From positions 1 through 53,627 of the forward strand of contig CAWBGV010000024.1 in the NCBI GenBank assembly GCA_963788395.1: 53,627 nt of DNA. The letters run 5' to 3'. The notes under the pieces are model-generated. The model made no database searches, was not told the DNA's origin, and saw nothing but the letters and a program-made list of their open reading frames with translations. Within the stretch, counting starts at the first letter, position 1, and every line of letters begins with the position of its first letter. Position numbers and translations under genes: made by a program. Of the stretch, positions 19,815 to 30,336 are shown one piece after another. The DNA is from Candidatus Doudnabacteria bacterium. Its GTDB lineage: Bacteria; Patescibacteriota; Doudnabacteria; UBA920.

Positions 19815-21032
19815 TTATGCCTGCAGTAATTTTAAGATTTCCGCCAATGAGGTTTTACCTGCCGCGGCTTTACGCAGCCCGTCGGCTTCCATACTGACCA
19901 TGCCTTCTGCGGCGGCGAGCTGAGATAGCTCCGCGGCAGATGCTCCGGCTAAAATAGCCTGCCTCATAACGGGGCTGATGCACAAAATTTCCTGTACGGC
20001 AATGCGCCCCAAGAACCCGCTGTGATGGCAGGCCTTGCAGCCTCCGCTTTGGCCGAATTTTTTATGAGTGGCGGCCACCGAAAGCGGCAGCAGCTCGGCC
20101 AACGCTTCCCGCTCCCGCGAACCCAGTTCCTGCCACTGCCTACAGCGCGGGCAGAGCTTCCGGACTAAACGCTGGCTGATTATTAAATGAATAGTGGCGG
20201 CTAAAATGTACGGTTTAATGCCCATGTCCAACAAACGGGGTAAGGTAGTTGCGGCGTTGCTGGTGTGCAGGGTAGAAATTAATAAGTGTCCGGTTAAGGC
20301 CGCCTGCATGGCGATGGTCGCGGTTTCGGTATCGCGAATTTCGCCGACCATAATAATGTTGGGATCCTGCCGTAAAATACTGCGCAAGCCCTGAGCAAAG
20401 TTTAAGCCGCTCCGGGCGTTGGCTTGGACCTGCTGGATTCCGGCCAGGGAATATTCAATTGGATCTTCTACTGTAATAATTGAAACTTCGGGAGTATTAA
20501 GCATTTTCAATAAGGTATAAATGGTGGTGGTTTTACCGCTGCCGGTTGGCCCGGTGACTAAAATTGCGCCGTGGGAACGCCGCAGCGCGACCAAAATTTT
20601 TTGCTGATTAACCGAAGAAAAACCCAATTGTTCCAAACTCTGGTACTCCAAGGAATCGGCAAGTAAGCGCAAGACGGCGTTTTCGCCGTAAAAAGTGGGC
20701 ATAATCGAAACGCGAACATCTACCGCGCCGTGATCCGGCGAATCGAAACGAAAGCGGCCATCCTGCGGGGCTTGGTGTTCATCGGTCCGCAAACCGGAAA
20801 GAATTTTAATCCGGGTAATTATTTCCTGCTGTAATTCTTTGGATAAATCCCCTGCCGCGTATAGCAAGCCATCAATACGCAATCTAATCACCAATCCACT
20901 GCGGGTCGGGTGGAAATGGATATCGGAAGCGTTCAGCTTAATGGCGTGGGCCAAAACTATGTTAATTAATTCTGTAACTGGCGGCAGAGTCCTGTTGGTT
21001 GAAAACAAGCTGAGTTCAAAAGTTTCCGACAT
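19815..21032 (-). CDS. PilB/GspE-family assembly ATPase (no long N-terminal domain)
   Basis: ASDIH, GPTGSGKTT, TVEDPIE, LRQDPNIIMVGEIRD, TGHL, tetracysteine motif. Confidence 0.93.
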   Translation of the reverse strand: MSETFELSLFSTNRTLPPVTELINIVLAHAIKLNASDIHFHPTRSGLVIRLRIDGLLYAAGDLSKELQQEIITRIKILSGLRTDEHQAPQDGRFRFDSPDHGAVDVRVSIMPTFYGENAVLRLLADSLEYQSLEQLGFSSVNQQKILVALRRSHGAILVTGPTGSGKTTTIYTLLKMLNTPEVSIITVEDPIEYSLAGIQQVQANARSGLNFAQGLRSILRQDPNIIMVGEIRDTETATIAMQAALTGHLLISTLHTSNAATTLPRLLDMGIKPYILAATIHLIISQRLVRKLCPRCRQWQELGSREREALAELLPLSVAATHKKFGQSGGCKACHHSGFLGRIAVQEILCISPVMRQAILAGASAAELSQLAAAEGMVSMEADGLRKAAAGKTSLAEILKLLQA

Positions 21033-21160
21033 GAATGTACTTTAAATGATTCATGCTGAAGAAGTTTTAAATTTAAGTTAGTGAAAAAATAAATTAGTGG
21101 ATAACCTGTTAGCGACAACAAAAAACCGCCTGAAGAAAGGCGGAAAAAATGGAAAATTTT

Positions 21161-21753
21161 TTATTTTAAATCGGCAAAAACTAAATATCGTTCTAAAGCT
21201 GTACCTACGGGATACGAGGTCTGGAGGGTGAGCATTTTTTGGTTTAGGTTTTGCTGGAGATACTGAGTGTTAGATGGAGATACTATTTGGGTGCCGGTGA
21301 CGGTATAGGTAAATACGGTTCCGGCGTCGTTGGAAATTATGATTTGATCGCCCAAAGCAATTTTGGGCAGCAGGGCAAAAATGGTTTTGTAGTGGCCATG
21401 GGACCAAATGTAGTCTGAACTGTGGCCAAAAATATAACAATTCCCAAGCTGGCCCGGTAGGCCGTGCCCGGATAGTGCACAACCCCGCTGAGCAAATCTG
21501 CCTGCCAGACGCTTTCGGTTGTGGCTGTGGCGTATATAATAGGCGCGGAAATCCCCAGTGACGGCACAAACAGCATGTTCGGCGCACCCCGAGCGGCCAC
21601 AGCTGTGGTAGTTGTAATTTTGAGATGACGTGTAAAATCGTACCGAATATTTTGCCACATGTAGTTCCAGTTAAGCAATGTAAAAAGAACGATAAAAATA
21701 CCCGCGGCTAACAAGAAGAAAAACACTATTTTTTTGAACAACAAAATACTCAT
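21161..21753 (-). CDS. Sortase-family protein, frameshifted; Ser at the catalytic Cys position
   Basis: N-terminal TM, GVVHYPGT, FGHSS, TLQTSYP, downstream R. Confidence 0.85.
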
Positions 21754-21786
21754 AAAAAATTAGCTACTACTCTCCCATTATACAAT

Positions 21787-21819
21787 AAAAACCCCGCCCG
21801 AACATCGGACGGGGTTTTA
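21787..21819. terminator. Bidirectional intrinsic terminator
   Basis: AAAACCCCG...CGGGGTTTT hairpin. Confidence 0.8.
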
Positions 21820-21826
21820 TAAAAAA

Positions 21827-24461
21827 TTATTTTCTCTTGCGCAGCGCGCCATAAGCTCCGGCCAAACTCAGCATAGCCACACTCAACACCTCTTCCCCCG
21901 GAATCCCAGTCCGCGGCAACCGAGTAGTAGAAGCCCCCAAAACCTCACCGGTGGGCGTAGGCGCCGGGGTTGGAGATAGGAACGAGGCTGGCACATGGGT
22001 AGTAGCTCCCAAAACTTCTGGTACTCCACCAGAGCCTGAACCTGAAGAGCCTCCGGTACCACAATTACCTAAACAAAATCCACCGCCTCCGCCATTTGAG
22101 CCCGAAAAACCACCGCCTCCGCCATTGCTTGCACTCTGGGTGCCCGCGTCAATTTCGGCGCCTTCAACTTCGGGAGACCCATGTGATACCGGACGGAAAT
22201 AATAATCAGTGTCAAATCCAAACCTGTTCATGTCACCAAATGTTTCAATTACCTTGGTGCTATCCTCAACTGTAGAAAATGCATATCCATAGTTAGGAGG
22301 CGAAGCGGATAATACAGAAGGGTGGGAAACGGTATCATAAATTACGCGACTAGTTGCCAAATGACTAGTTTGCCAGGTTATTGTCACGGAATGCAAACCA
22401 ACTCCGGTCACCTCTTCATCAAATATTTCCAGATCATCACCAGAGCCTGTGTTTACCGTGACTGTGGAAGTAGCAGTATTGTTATCTGTATCTATATCGG
22501 TCTGGTCAGCGGAAACAGTGGCAACATTAGTGATCGTATTATCATCAGGATTGGCATTAACAGTGGCGGCGATCGTTGTTGTCGCAGAATCACCATGCGG
22601 CAAATCACCTATAGTCCAAAGATTAGTGCTTGTTGCGTAACTGCCTTGGGTTGAAGAAGAAGAGTAGAACGTTAAAACCGAAGGTAATACATCATTTGCA
22701 TCAACAGTTGTTGCGTCATCTGGACCATTATTAGTGACCACCAATGTATAGTTTATTGTATCACCAACATTTACTGCAGTTTTATCGGCGACCTTGGTTA
22801 TAGTTAAATCCGCGGAACCATTTCCTTCATCGCCTCCCTCCCCATTATCACCGCCGCTTGGTGCAGTATTGGTTATGGTGCAAGTTACTACGTCTCCCGG
22901 GTTTATAGTCCCGCTGCAACCTGGGGAAAGGGTTTTGGTATAACCTAAACTATCAGCTTCGTCTACACTATAGGAGCCAGCAAATAAAGTAACTATTTTT
23001 CCATCGGAATCACCCGGAAGGGTAGGCTGAGATACGTGAGTACCGGTAATATCTACCGTAAAATCAGAAGGAACGTTAGTGCCACCAACAACGTTAGTAA
23101 CAACTTCGAGCTGAGGAGAAATATCGTTAAAGGTAATTGTACAAGTTTTACTGTCGTTATCTACTAAAGTTCCAGCGCAATCGGCGGATTTAAAGAAAGT
23201 GTAATCCACAAACGGATATGGCGGAGAAATGCTGTAGTCTCCGGGGTCAAATTTGACTCCGGTGCCAGAACCTGAACCCGGAAATGAAGCCAGTGAAGGA
23301 TTGGTGCCTGTAGGATCGATGGTAAAATCGGAAGGTCCTTTGGTGCCATTATCATCGTTTTGGACAACTACAACTACGTTAACTTGAGCGCTGGCAGGAG
23401 GAGGAGTTGGTTCAAAATGGCTAGAAGTGGAGATGGCGGAATAGGAGTAGGTGTAGGAACAAATGTGTTCGTTATATTACAAGTAATAGCACTAGTGTCG
23501 GCAACGGTACCGCTACAGCCAGAATCAAGGTTAATGTTGTAATTAGAAGAGTTAGAAGTGGTCGATTCGGTTACCGCATAATTATCACCAACATTGACAT
23601 TGTATTGTTGACGTATCGGCGGCTGCACCGTTGAAAACAGTAGTGGTACTATCGGTCACCAAAAGGTTAAAATCCGAAGAAACCGCGAGCCGCCATTGTT
23701 TGTAAGGTTAACTGTTAGTGGAGCGACAGGGATAGGCTGTTCATTAGTAATAGTACAAGTTACATCTTCGCCTATATTCAATCTACCGGAACAACCGGCT
23801 GAGAGACTTTCAATATAGCCTTCGCTATGAGTCGCTGACATTATAAGGCCCGGCGCTAATTGATACTTGAGTACCATCTTCGCTCCTGGAAAGGTTCATT
23901 CGTAATACCTGCGCCACTAACATTCATTTCAAATTCGCTAGCAACTTTATCTCCCCCATGATTAATAACATGCTTAATTACTGTTAGCGTGGGCTGTTCA
24001 TCTTGAGCGATCATTGTGCAGGTTACTGACTGTCCCTTGGTAATACTACCGGAGCAATTAATACCATTGGATGGTGCAAAAAAATAACCTGGGATGTGAG
24101 TTACTGAAACTGAATAAGGTCCTGGATCTAAGGTAACAGTAACACCCGAACTGCTTCCATTAAAATTACTTTGCGACACATCCGTACCGGTAACAGTAGT
24201 CAAAAAATTCGATGACTGATCGGTACCACCATAATTATTGTTCACAATAGTGACAACATTTAAAGTAGCACTACCGCTAGCTGCTGCTGTGTGGGTAGGA
24301 AACTGACTGATTGAAAAAGCACATATTGCTAAAAGTAAGAACGAACTTACAACAGCTTTAATTTTCCAATTCATAGAAAACCTTCTGCGCTGTACCGGTT
24401 GAAATTCTTTAATATCCCGAACAGGATGTATTTTAAACTTTACTTTTCTGGCCATAAACAT
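21827..24461 (-). CDS. Large surface protein with repeated Ig-like domains, DUF11-like and Fn3-like domains and LPRTG sorting signal; several frameshifts
   Basis: Repeats ending C.G.I..G..VTCTITN; ADLTITK..YTLVVTNNGP; ITWQT..ATSRVIY; EVLGA motifs; LPRTG, TM, RKRK. Confidence 0.8.
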
Positions 24462-24534
24462 TTTTAATTATTGATTAAATACTTAATTTTTAAATAAGGT
24501 GGGGGTGGGACAATTTATGCCCGCCCCCCTTTTG

Positions 24535-25129
24535 CTAAGCGATGCTTCGCCTCCGCCGAAACATCAGCCCCATACCAAACAGGCCGCTGCCGATCAAACC
24601 CGCAGTTGCCACTTCTGGTGTACTTGTTACCGGCGCAGTTGGCACTTCGGTGGTGCCAATGTTTGCTTGAGCAGTTAAGTCAGACGTCCTTCTGTCGGTG
24701 GCCGTGTAGTTTTGGAGCGTTAGGGTAGAACTGTCCGGGCTCTGAATAACGAAAAGGCCCAAATCAACCCCCGTGGATCCGCCGTCAACCTGGGAACCTC
24801 CCCGAGTAAATGTCATGTTCTGTATAGTCGGACTATCCACCGGCGCCGTTGTTGGCGGCATCAGCCCCAGCAATGCTGAGGTGGCTGTCCAACCAGCAGG
24901 TATGACGTCTCCCGAAACAACGCAGAGGGCGCAATCGTAAATCGTTGAAATAGGAGCCGCTGACGATCGAACTTCCTTGATCAAGAAACGCGTCGTAAGT
25001 CACTGTACTACCCAAAAAACCCGTTTCTGTGATAAAAATGGTGGCTGATTTGCCTTGCGGAGAAAATGCTTCCGCAAACACAAAAGCAAGCAGGCAAGCA
25101 ACCCATGGGGTTGCCCTTTTGTAGCTCAT
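24535..25129 (-). CDS. PEP-CTERM-type surface protein 1, one frameshift
   Basis: Signal peptide; C-terminus TPEVATAGLIGSGLFGMGLMFRRRR; GGAGG RBS. Confidence 0.8.
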
Positions 25130-25174
25130 TGATCCTCCATGTAAACCGAGTCTAGGCCTAACCGAAACCCCCGG

Positions 25175-25270
25175 AAAACAAAAAGCACCCCAAATTACGA
25201 AGTGCTATTAAGTAGGCGAAGTTGCGCCTAGGTCTAATCTAACTATAAGGATTTAATAAAAATAAGTCAA
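25175..25270 (-). promoter_or_regulatory. Sigma70 promoter plus leader terminator-like hairpin
   Basis: TTGACT-N17-TATAGT; AGCACTTC-N7-GGGGTGCT-TTTTG. Confidence 0.7.
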
Positions 25271-25397
25271 GAAAAAAGTAAAGAAATGTTAAAAGCGTTT
25301 ATGTTGGTTAGTTACTCAAAAATTCTTTAATAATATGAGCTTTTTTAATCTTAAAATTCAGACTAAATAAAAAAGACAGGGAATAACGGAATCCCTG

Positions 25398-26480
25398 TCA
25401 TACCGAAGCTGCCATCTTAGCTTGTGTGTTCACCTTCCCTTTATTTGTTAAAGAAAGAGGCTTTTCAACACAAAGGTATACAGCCGCCCCAGTGGTGATC
25501 GTCATGGCCACTCCAATAAAAAACAGCGCGAAGAATTGAAGTGAATTGGTGGCATTATGAAAACTAACTAACCACCTTAGACCGTTCAGCACCAATCCGT
25601 GGGATCATAATACGAATAACTTATATTACCCATACTCCTTAAAGCCGCCGTTGAAAATGTTTTGTGCAGAATTCCTTTGAAGTTAAGCGCATACAATAAT
25701 CCCAAAAATATCATCAAGTTAAGTGGAAAGCTCATGGAAATACCAGTCCAGGCTCCGCCATAGATGAAGGCAAAAGCGACCAGGAGCATTATAGACAGAT
25801 ACTCTCCCCACTTATTCATGTAGCACTTTAATGCAGTCTGTTTGGTTACCTCGAACACAATAATCCCCGTGACAAAGGTAATAAGGCGAGGATACCTCAG
25901 CAAGTGATACTGGGCCAAAACGTTAGCACCGTAAACAAACTTAACCAAAAATACAGCCTTTGCTTACTCGACAGGCGACACATGCCCAGGAATGAAAACC
26001 CAAGCGGGATAGTGAGGTAAAAGAACAACTCATAACTTAATGACCAAGACACTGTTATTATGGGCGTTATGTTAAATATGCCGGGGAGCATACAAACATT
26101 CTCAGCCACATAAATAACCGCTTGGTATATTGAGTGAGGTAACTTTGAGTACTGTGGTATCACCACAGATATCCCGACATAAATTGCGAGAACAACCAGA
26201 AATGTTGGATATAGCCGATGGATGCGTCGTTTTAAGTACTGCCTATAATTCTGACGCTTTTCTAACACTATTCCATAAAGCAAAAATCCACTGATGCCGA
26301 AAAATATATCTACCCCCGTATTTCCTAACACCCTGCACTCTGGAAGAATCGAAACCATAAATTACCAGATCCCGAGTCACCAAACATTACATTAAAATGA
26401 ACCATGAAGACTGCTAGGGCAGCGAAACCTCGCAGGCCTTCTAAGGACACTAGGCGAGCTTGATCTTTCTCTTGTGACAA
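25398..26480 (-). CDS. Acyltransferase family 3 (OafA-like), frameshifted
   Basis: LEGLRGFAALAVFMVH, GVDIFFGISGF, RRIHRLYP, WSLSYELFFY, GNISYSYY. Confidence 0.9.
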
Positions 26481-26635
26481 TTCACTCCTCCTGCTAAAAA
26501 CTTGCGAATTTAACACCCAACAACTGTCTTAAAATGATACTCTATCCTAACAAAAAAATTTGGAATAATCAAAAAATAAAAAATATCGGGCGGTTCGCAA
26601 GTGCGAAACCGCCCGTCAAGGTTGTTAATCTTGGG

Positions 26636-27279
26636 TTAGTGCTTCGAAGTTTTCCGGCGCCTAAATAACGAGACCGCCAGCAGCCCTCCGCCGACTAACA
26701 ATGTGGTGGTGGGTTCCGGTATAGTCCCCGGCACTGGCACTGGACCAACTGTACTATCGGTCGTTCCAGCATCGGATCCTATGTCCTTCGTGGCCTGACT
26801 GGTAAACGTACCATTCGTAAGCACATCGGATAAGGAGTCAACCTGGAAACCGGAAAAGGTTACACCGTTCGCGCCGCCCTGCACGACTGCGCCGGTGTAA
26901 TCAAATGTAACGTTCATCACAATGGGACTATCGAAGGAAGTCCCGTTGATTGTGCCGGGAGTAGTCCCGACCAATTGCTCAGTGTATCCCCAATCTGTGG
27001 CCATCCCGCTGACGCCGGCAAAGTTACCGATGTCGTAGATGGTAAAAAAGGTACCAGCTGGATTGCACTGCACAGGGCCCCCAGGTCCAGGACACGTAGC
27101 GCCATTAGTGGCTACCGGTCTGCCCGCTCGTCCTGCGTTAGAAACGCAGAATAGTTATAACCCCATTCATTCGGGGCGATTTGGGTTGCGCTGTTCTCGA
27201 TGACGATGATACTCGCCGCCGCTGACATTGAAAAAGCAAGCACTCCGAAAAGCACTGCCGCGAGAAACTTCTTACACAT
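26636..27279 (-). CDS. PEP-CTERM surface protein 2, frameshifted
   Basis: MCKKFLAAVLFGVLAFSMSAAAS signal; C-terminus IPEPTTTLLVGGGLLAVSLFRRRK; AGGAGG RBS. Confidence 0.88.
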
Positions 27280-27335
27280 TCATTTCCTCCTAAGGTTGGG
27301 TAATCAAGGCATTACGGAAAGAATCTCCGTAACAC

Positions 27336-27413
27336 AAAAAGCATCCCTATATGGAATGCCTAGCGTTTTTCCTGAACCGGTTTAACTATAAGGAATAATT
27401 TAAAATAAGTCAA
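27336..27413 (-). promoter_or_regulatory. Sigma70 promoter plus leader terminator-like hairpin, homologous to 25175-25270
   Basis: TTGACT-N17-TATAGT; GCATTCC-N5-GGGATGC-TTTTTG. Confidence 0.7.
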
Positions 27414-27595
27414 GGGGAGTGAACAAAATTTTTGCTTTAAACATAGAGGTTTTTATCCTTTTTCTCACATTTTCGACTCGTAATACTACCTCTGTGTACG
27501 TTTCAACAAGTCTTTGTGAATAAATATAAAAAAATCCAAACAGTCGCAAGCATTTAACTCTTGACTGTTTGGAATTACACTTCTACGGTGGGGCT

Positions 27596-28876
27596 CTAAA
27601 CACCAACTCTTGTAAATCTCTTTACGCCGTCGCACACTGCGACAGTCGCAAGAAACAACAATAGGCCTTCTATAGGGAAACGGTAGCGGGGAGAAACCTG
27701 GATAACATAGTAGACGAGGGGGTAGATGACTATGGCAGTACCCAATAGCAACCCAACTATATATTTTCTTTTGAGCAGTAGTACAACACTTCCTCCAATT
27801 CCTAAGATACTGATGCTTCCTTCAAAAATTGTTTGCCAAATCCGTCGCATGTGAGGAAACCAAAAAAGAAAAATCCGATTGGCAGACAACCGCAAGAAAG
27901 TTTTTGGGTGGGAACGAATCCACTGCAGAGCCTCCTGTTTTTTTTGCAAGTTGTAGACCACTTCACCCCATTTATGAACCTTATCTCTCTCTGCTGAACT
28001 AAAGAAGGGGTGAAATAATTTAAAAGCATCAAGTCCAATGTTCTTTTCAAGGTCAGCCGTCATGAAATTGTTATTAGAAACCATCAACTCCAACCCGAAG
28101 TTTGTCCGAGTCACAATTAAACTTCTAAAAACAATGTAATTTCTTATTGTCCATGGTGTTAATACTAAAATTGTGGCTAACGAGGCTCCTGCAAGGAACT
28201 TCAAAAAGTGACGCCTCTCTTCTTGATAGAGCATGAGTCCCAATCCAAACCAGACGAACAATACTGGAAAGGTAGCAGCATTCAGCAAGCACGTTAAGCC
28301 GATTAGTATTCCTGCCAAAAAACCATTACGCATTGAGAATAGTTTCCTGGTCCAAAAATAACTAATGAGACAGCAAAGGAGAATTAACGCTAAGAATGTA
28401 AATGGAGCGTCAAAAACACCGAAGGCTTGAAACCAGTAGTTGACTGGCATCAAAGCACCTACACAACCCGCTATTAAACCTGTGCTTACAGGCAACCTAC
28501 AACTCAGCGCAAGAACGGGCAATAAAGCATAGCCACCAGCGCTTGCGGCACAGGCACTCCAAGAAACAAAAAAAGAAGCCAGGTGCCCAGTACCAAACAA
28601 TTTAATCAACATTGCTATAAAAAATGGGTGCAGAGGCATACAATGACCAGTAGGTCCGACATGTGGACCATATGCATCAGCGTACGTGCCATAGCTTGCT
28701 AGTGACAATGCTACATTGGTTGGTTCTACCATTACTAAGTCTCCAATCCCTTTTATAAACAGGAGTGCGAGTCTGATGGAAAAACCTGCCAAAAAAAGTA
28801 GAACAACGCCCCAAATAACTAGGGAATACTGGTTGCGCACATCCAGTACAACAAACTTGCTCGTCTCTTTGTACAC
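27596..28876 (-). CDS. Polytopic GT-C-like (ArnT/PMT-related) glycosyltransferase
   Basis: Many TM helices; PWTIRNY, TNFGLEL, RYRFPIE motifs; own TTGACT-N17-TATGAT promoter. Confidence 0.7.
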   Translation of the reverse strand: MYKETSKFVVLDVRNQYSLVIWGVVLLFLAGFSIRLALLFIKGIGDLVMVEPTNVALSLASYGTYADAYGPHVGPTGHCMPLHPFFIAMLIKLFGTGHLASFFVSWSACAASAGGYALLPVLALSCRLPVSTGLIAGCVGALMPVNYWFQAFGVFDAPFTFLALILLCCLISYFWTRKLFSMRNGFLAGILIGLTCLLNAATFPVLFVWFGLGLMLYQEERRHFLKFLAGASLATILVLTPWTIRNYIVFRSLIVTRTNFGLELMVSNNNFMTADLEKNIGLDAFKLFHPFFSSAERDKVHKWGEVVYNLQKKQEALQWIRSHPKTFLRLSANRIFLFWFPHMRRIWQTIFEGSISILGIGGSVVLLLKRKYIVGLLLGTAIVIYPLVYYVIQVSPRYRFPIEGLLLFLATVAVCDGVKRFTRVGV

Positions 28877-29029
28877 TTTATCCTCCTACAATAATTGAAC
28901 CGATTGTTTTAAGATCAGCCCACAATCATAAATTAATTTATCCTTATAGTCAAGGCTCGCACTTTTTATTTAAATTTGTACCGTTGACATACAGCATAAT
29001 TGATGTATACTCATTGCAAAGGAGAGACA

Positions 29030-29182
29030 ATGAACGAAAAGTATTTGTACACGATAGTAATTGTTTTTGCCATTGTTTTGGCTGGTCTTTGCATAAAGTA
29101 CATACTGCGACCGATCAGGTCAAAAAAGGAAACAGAAAAAAACAATGCCTGGCTGCAGATGCATGACCACTCTAAATACTAA
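29030..29182 (+). CDS. Small single-pass membrane protein
   Basis: TTGACA-N16-TATACT promoter, AAGGAG RBS, CGGGGAGCCATGGCTCCCCG hairpin after the stop. Confidence 0.65.
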   Translation: MNEKYLYTIVIVFAIVLAGLCIKYILRPIRSKKETEKNNAWLQMHDHSKY

Positions 29183-29908
29183 CCTTACGGGGAGCCATGG
29201 CTCCCCGATTTATTTTAAAAAATTGGATAAAACCCAAAAATCGCAGTACTTGACTTTAAAGAAATAATAAAGATACAATAAAGCACTAATTAGTATTAGT
29301 AAGAACGGAGGAATTGTGAAAAAAGTTTGTATCTATTTGTTGAACTATCTGGCTAGCTTGTTGATAGGAGGCCCACTTTCCTTAGTGGAAAAATGGAGCG
29401 CATTCGACGGCAAGCATTACACGGGACGGTAACCTCTCCGCTCAATTCAACCCTATCGCGACCGTGCGAAATAGCTAAAAGACATACCGAGTCTTACGAA
29501 AAAAAACTTAGGAGCCATAGGAATGAAAATTGCCGGTCGTTTGACCATCGCGCTCTACACCGGCGGATTGTTTGGGCTTCTGGGCCTGGCTTTTGTTCGC
29601 CGCCATCGCGTCTAACCAACTTTTGGCACAGCCGTTCACTTTCTTGCACTGTGCCTATGGCAAAAAGAAAGTATCCTCCTCCAACGAGTTGGGACATCCA
29701 CACAGATGTCCCGGCTCGTCTTTTTTGTGGGTTGCGGCTGCGAGACTTTCAGAAATTCGTTGCGAAAAAAGAGCTCAGGTCAAAATCCTGGCATAGATTG
29801 CTTCGTCGTCGGATGTCGTACCGGAGGTAAATCCGCCTTCGAGGGACTTGACAGGTTTTTACCAAAGTTATATTATTCATCTATCTAATACTTAGACAGT
29901 CTAATAAT

Positions 29909-30328
29909 ATGGTTTCGGCGGAAATAGATACCATTACCTCCAAATTCTTTGCCATAGGAAGAAAACTGAAACACAAAGCCAGCAGCGGGCCGCTCCAGGA
30001 GCTGACCGTTGCCCAAATGGAAGCTTTGCGTTTTTTAGCCGAAAAAAACGGCGCCTCCATGAAGGACCTGTCCGTCTTTTTAGCCATCACTCCCCCTTCC
30101 GCCACCGTACTTATAGACCGCCTGGTTAGGCTCCAGCTGGTTAGCCGCCAGCGCGATCCCAAAAGCCGGCGCAACGTCCATTTACAGCTCACCAAAAAAG
30201 GCGCCGCCATCATGAACAAAAGCCTTAAAGAATACTGTCGGCGCATGAAAACCTTGCTTCAATCACTTACATCTCACGAACAATTAACCATGCTGCATCT
30301 TTTACACAAAATGACGCAGTCCCAATAA
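29909..30328 (+). CDS. MarR-family regulator
   Basis: LTVAQMEALRFL, ITPPSATVLIDRLV, DPKSRRNVHLQLT. Confidence 0.92.
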   Translation: MVSAEIDTITSKFFAIGRKLKHKASSGPLQELTVAQMEALRFLAEKNGASMKDLSVFLAITPPSATVLIDRLVRLQLVSRQRDPKSRRNVHLQLTKKGAAIMNKSLKEYCRRMKTLLQSLTSHEQLTMLHLLHKMTQSQ

Positions 30329-30336
30329 CCCCCCTT

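Noticed and set aside
29316-29830. A further cassette gene after the promoter at 29250-29279
   Set aside because: Promoter and RBS are plausible but the frames are fragmented and no product can be supported
24490-29850. Integron cassette array
   Set aside because: No attC-like repeats or integron integrase, and the cassettes carry their own promoters
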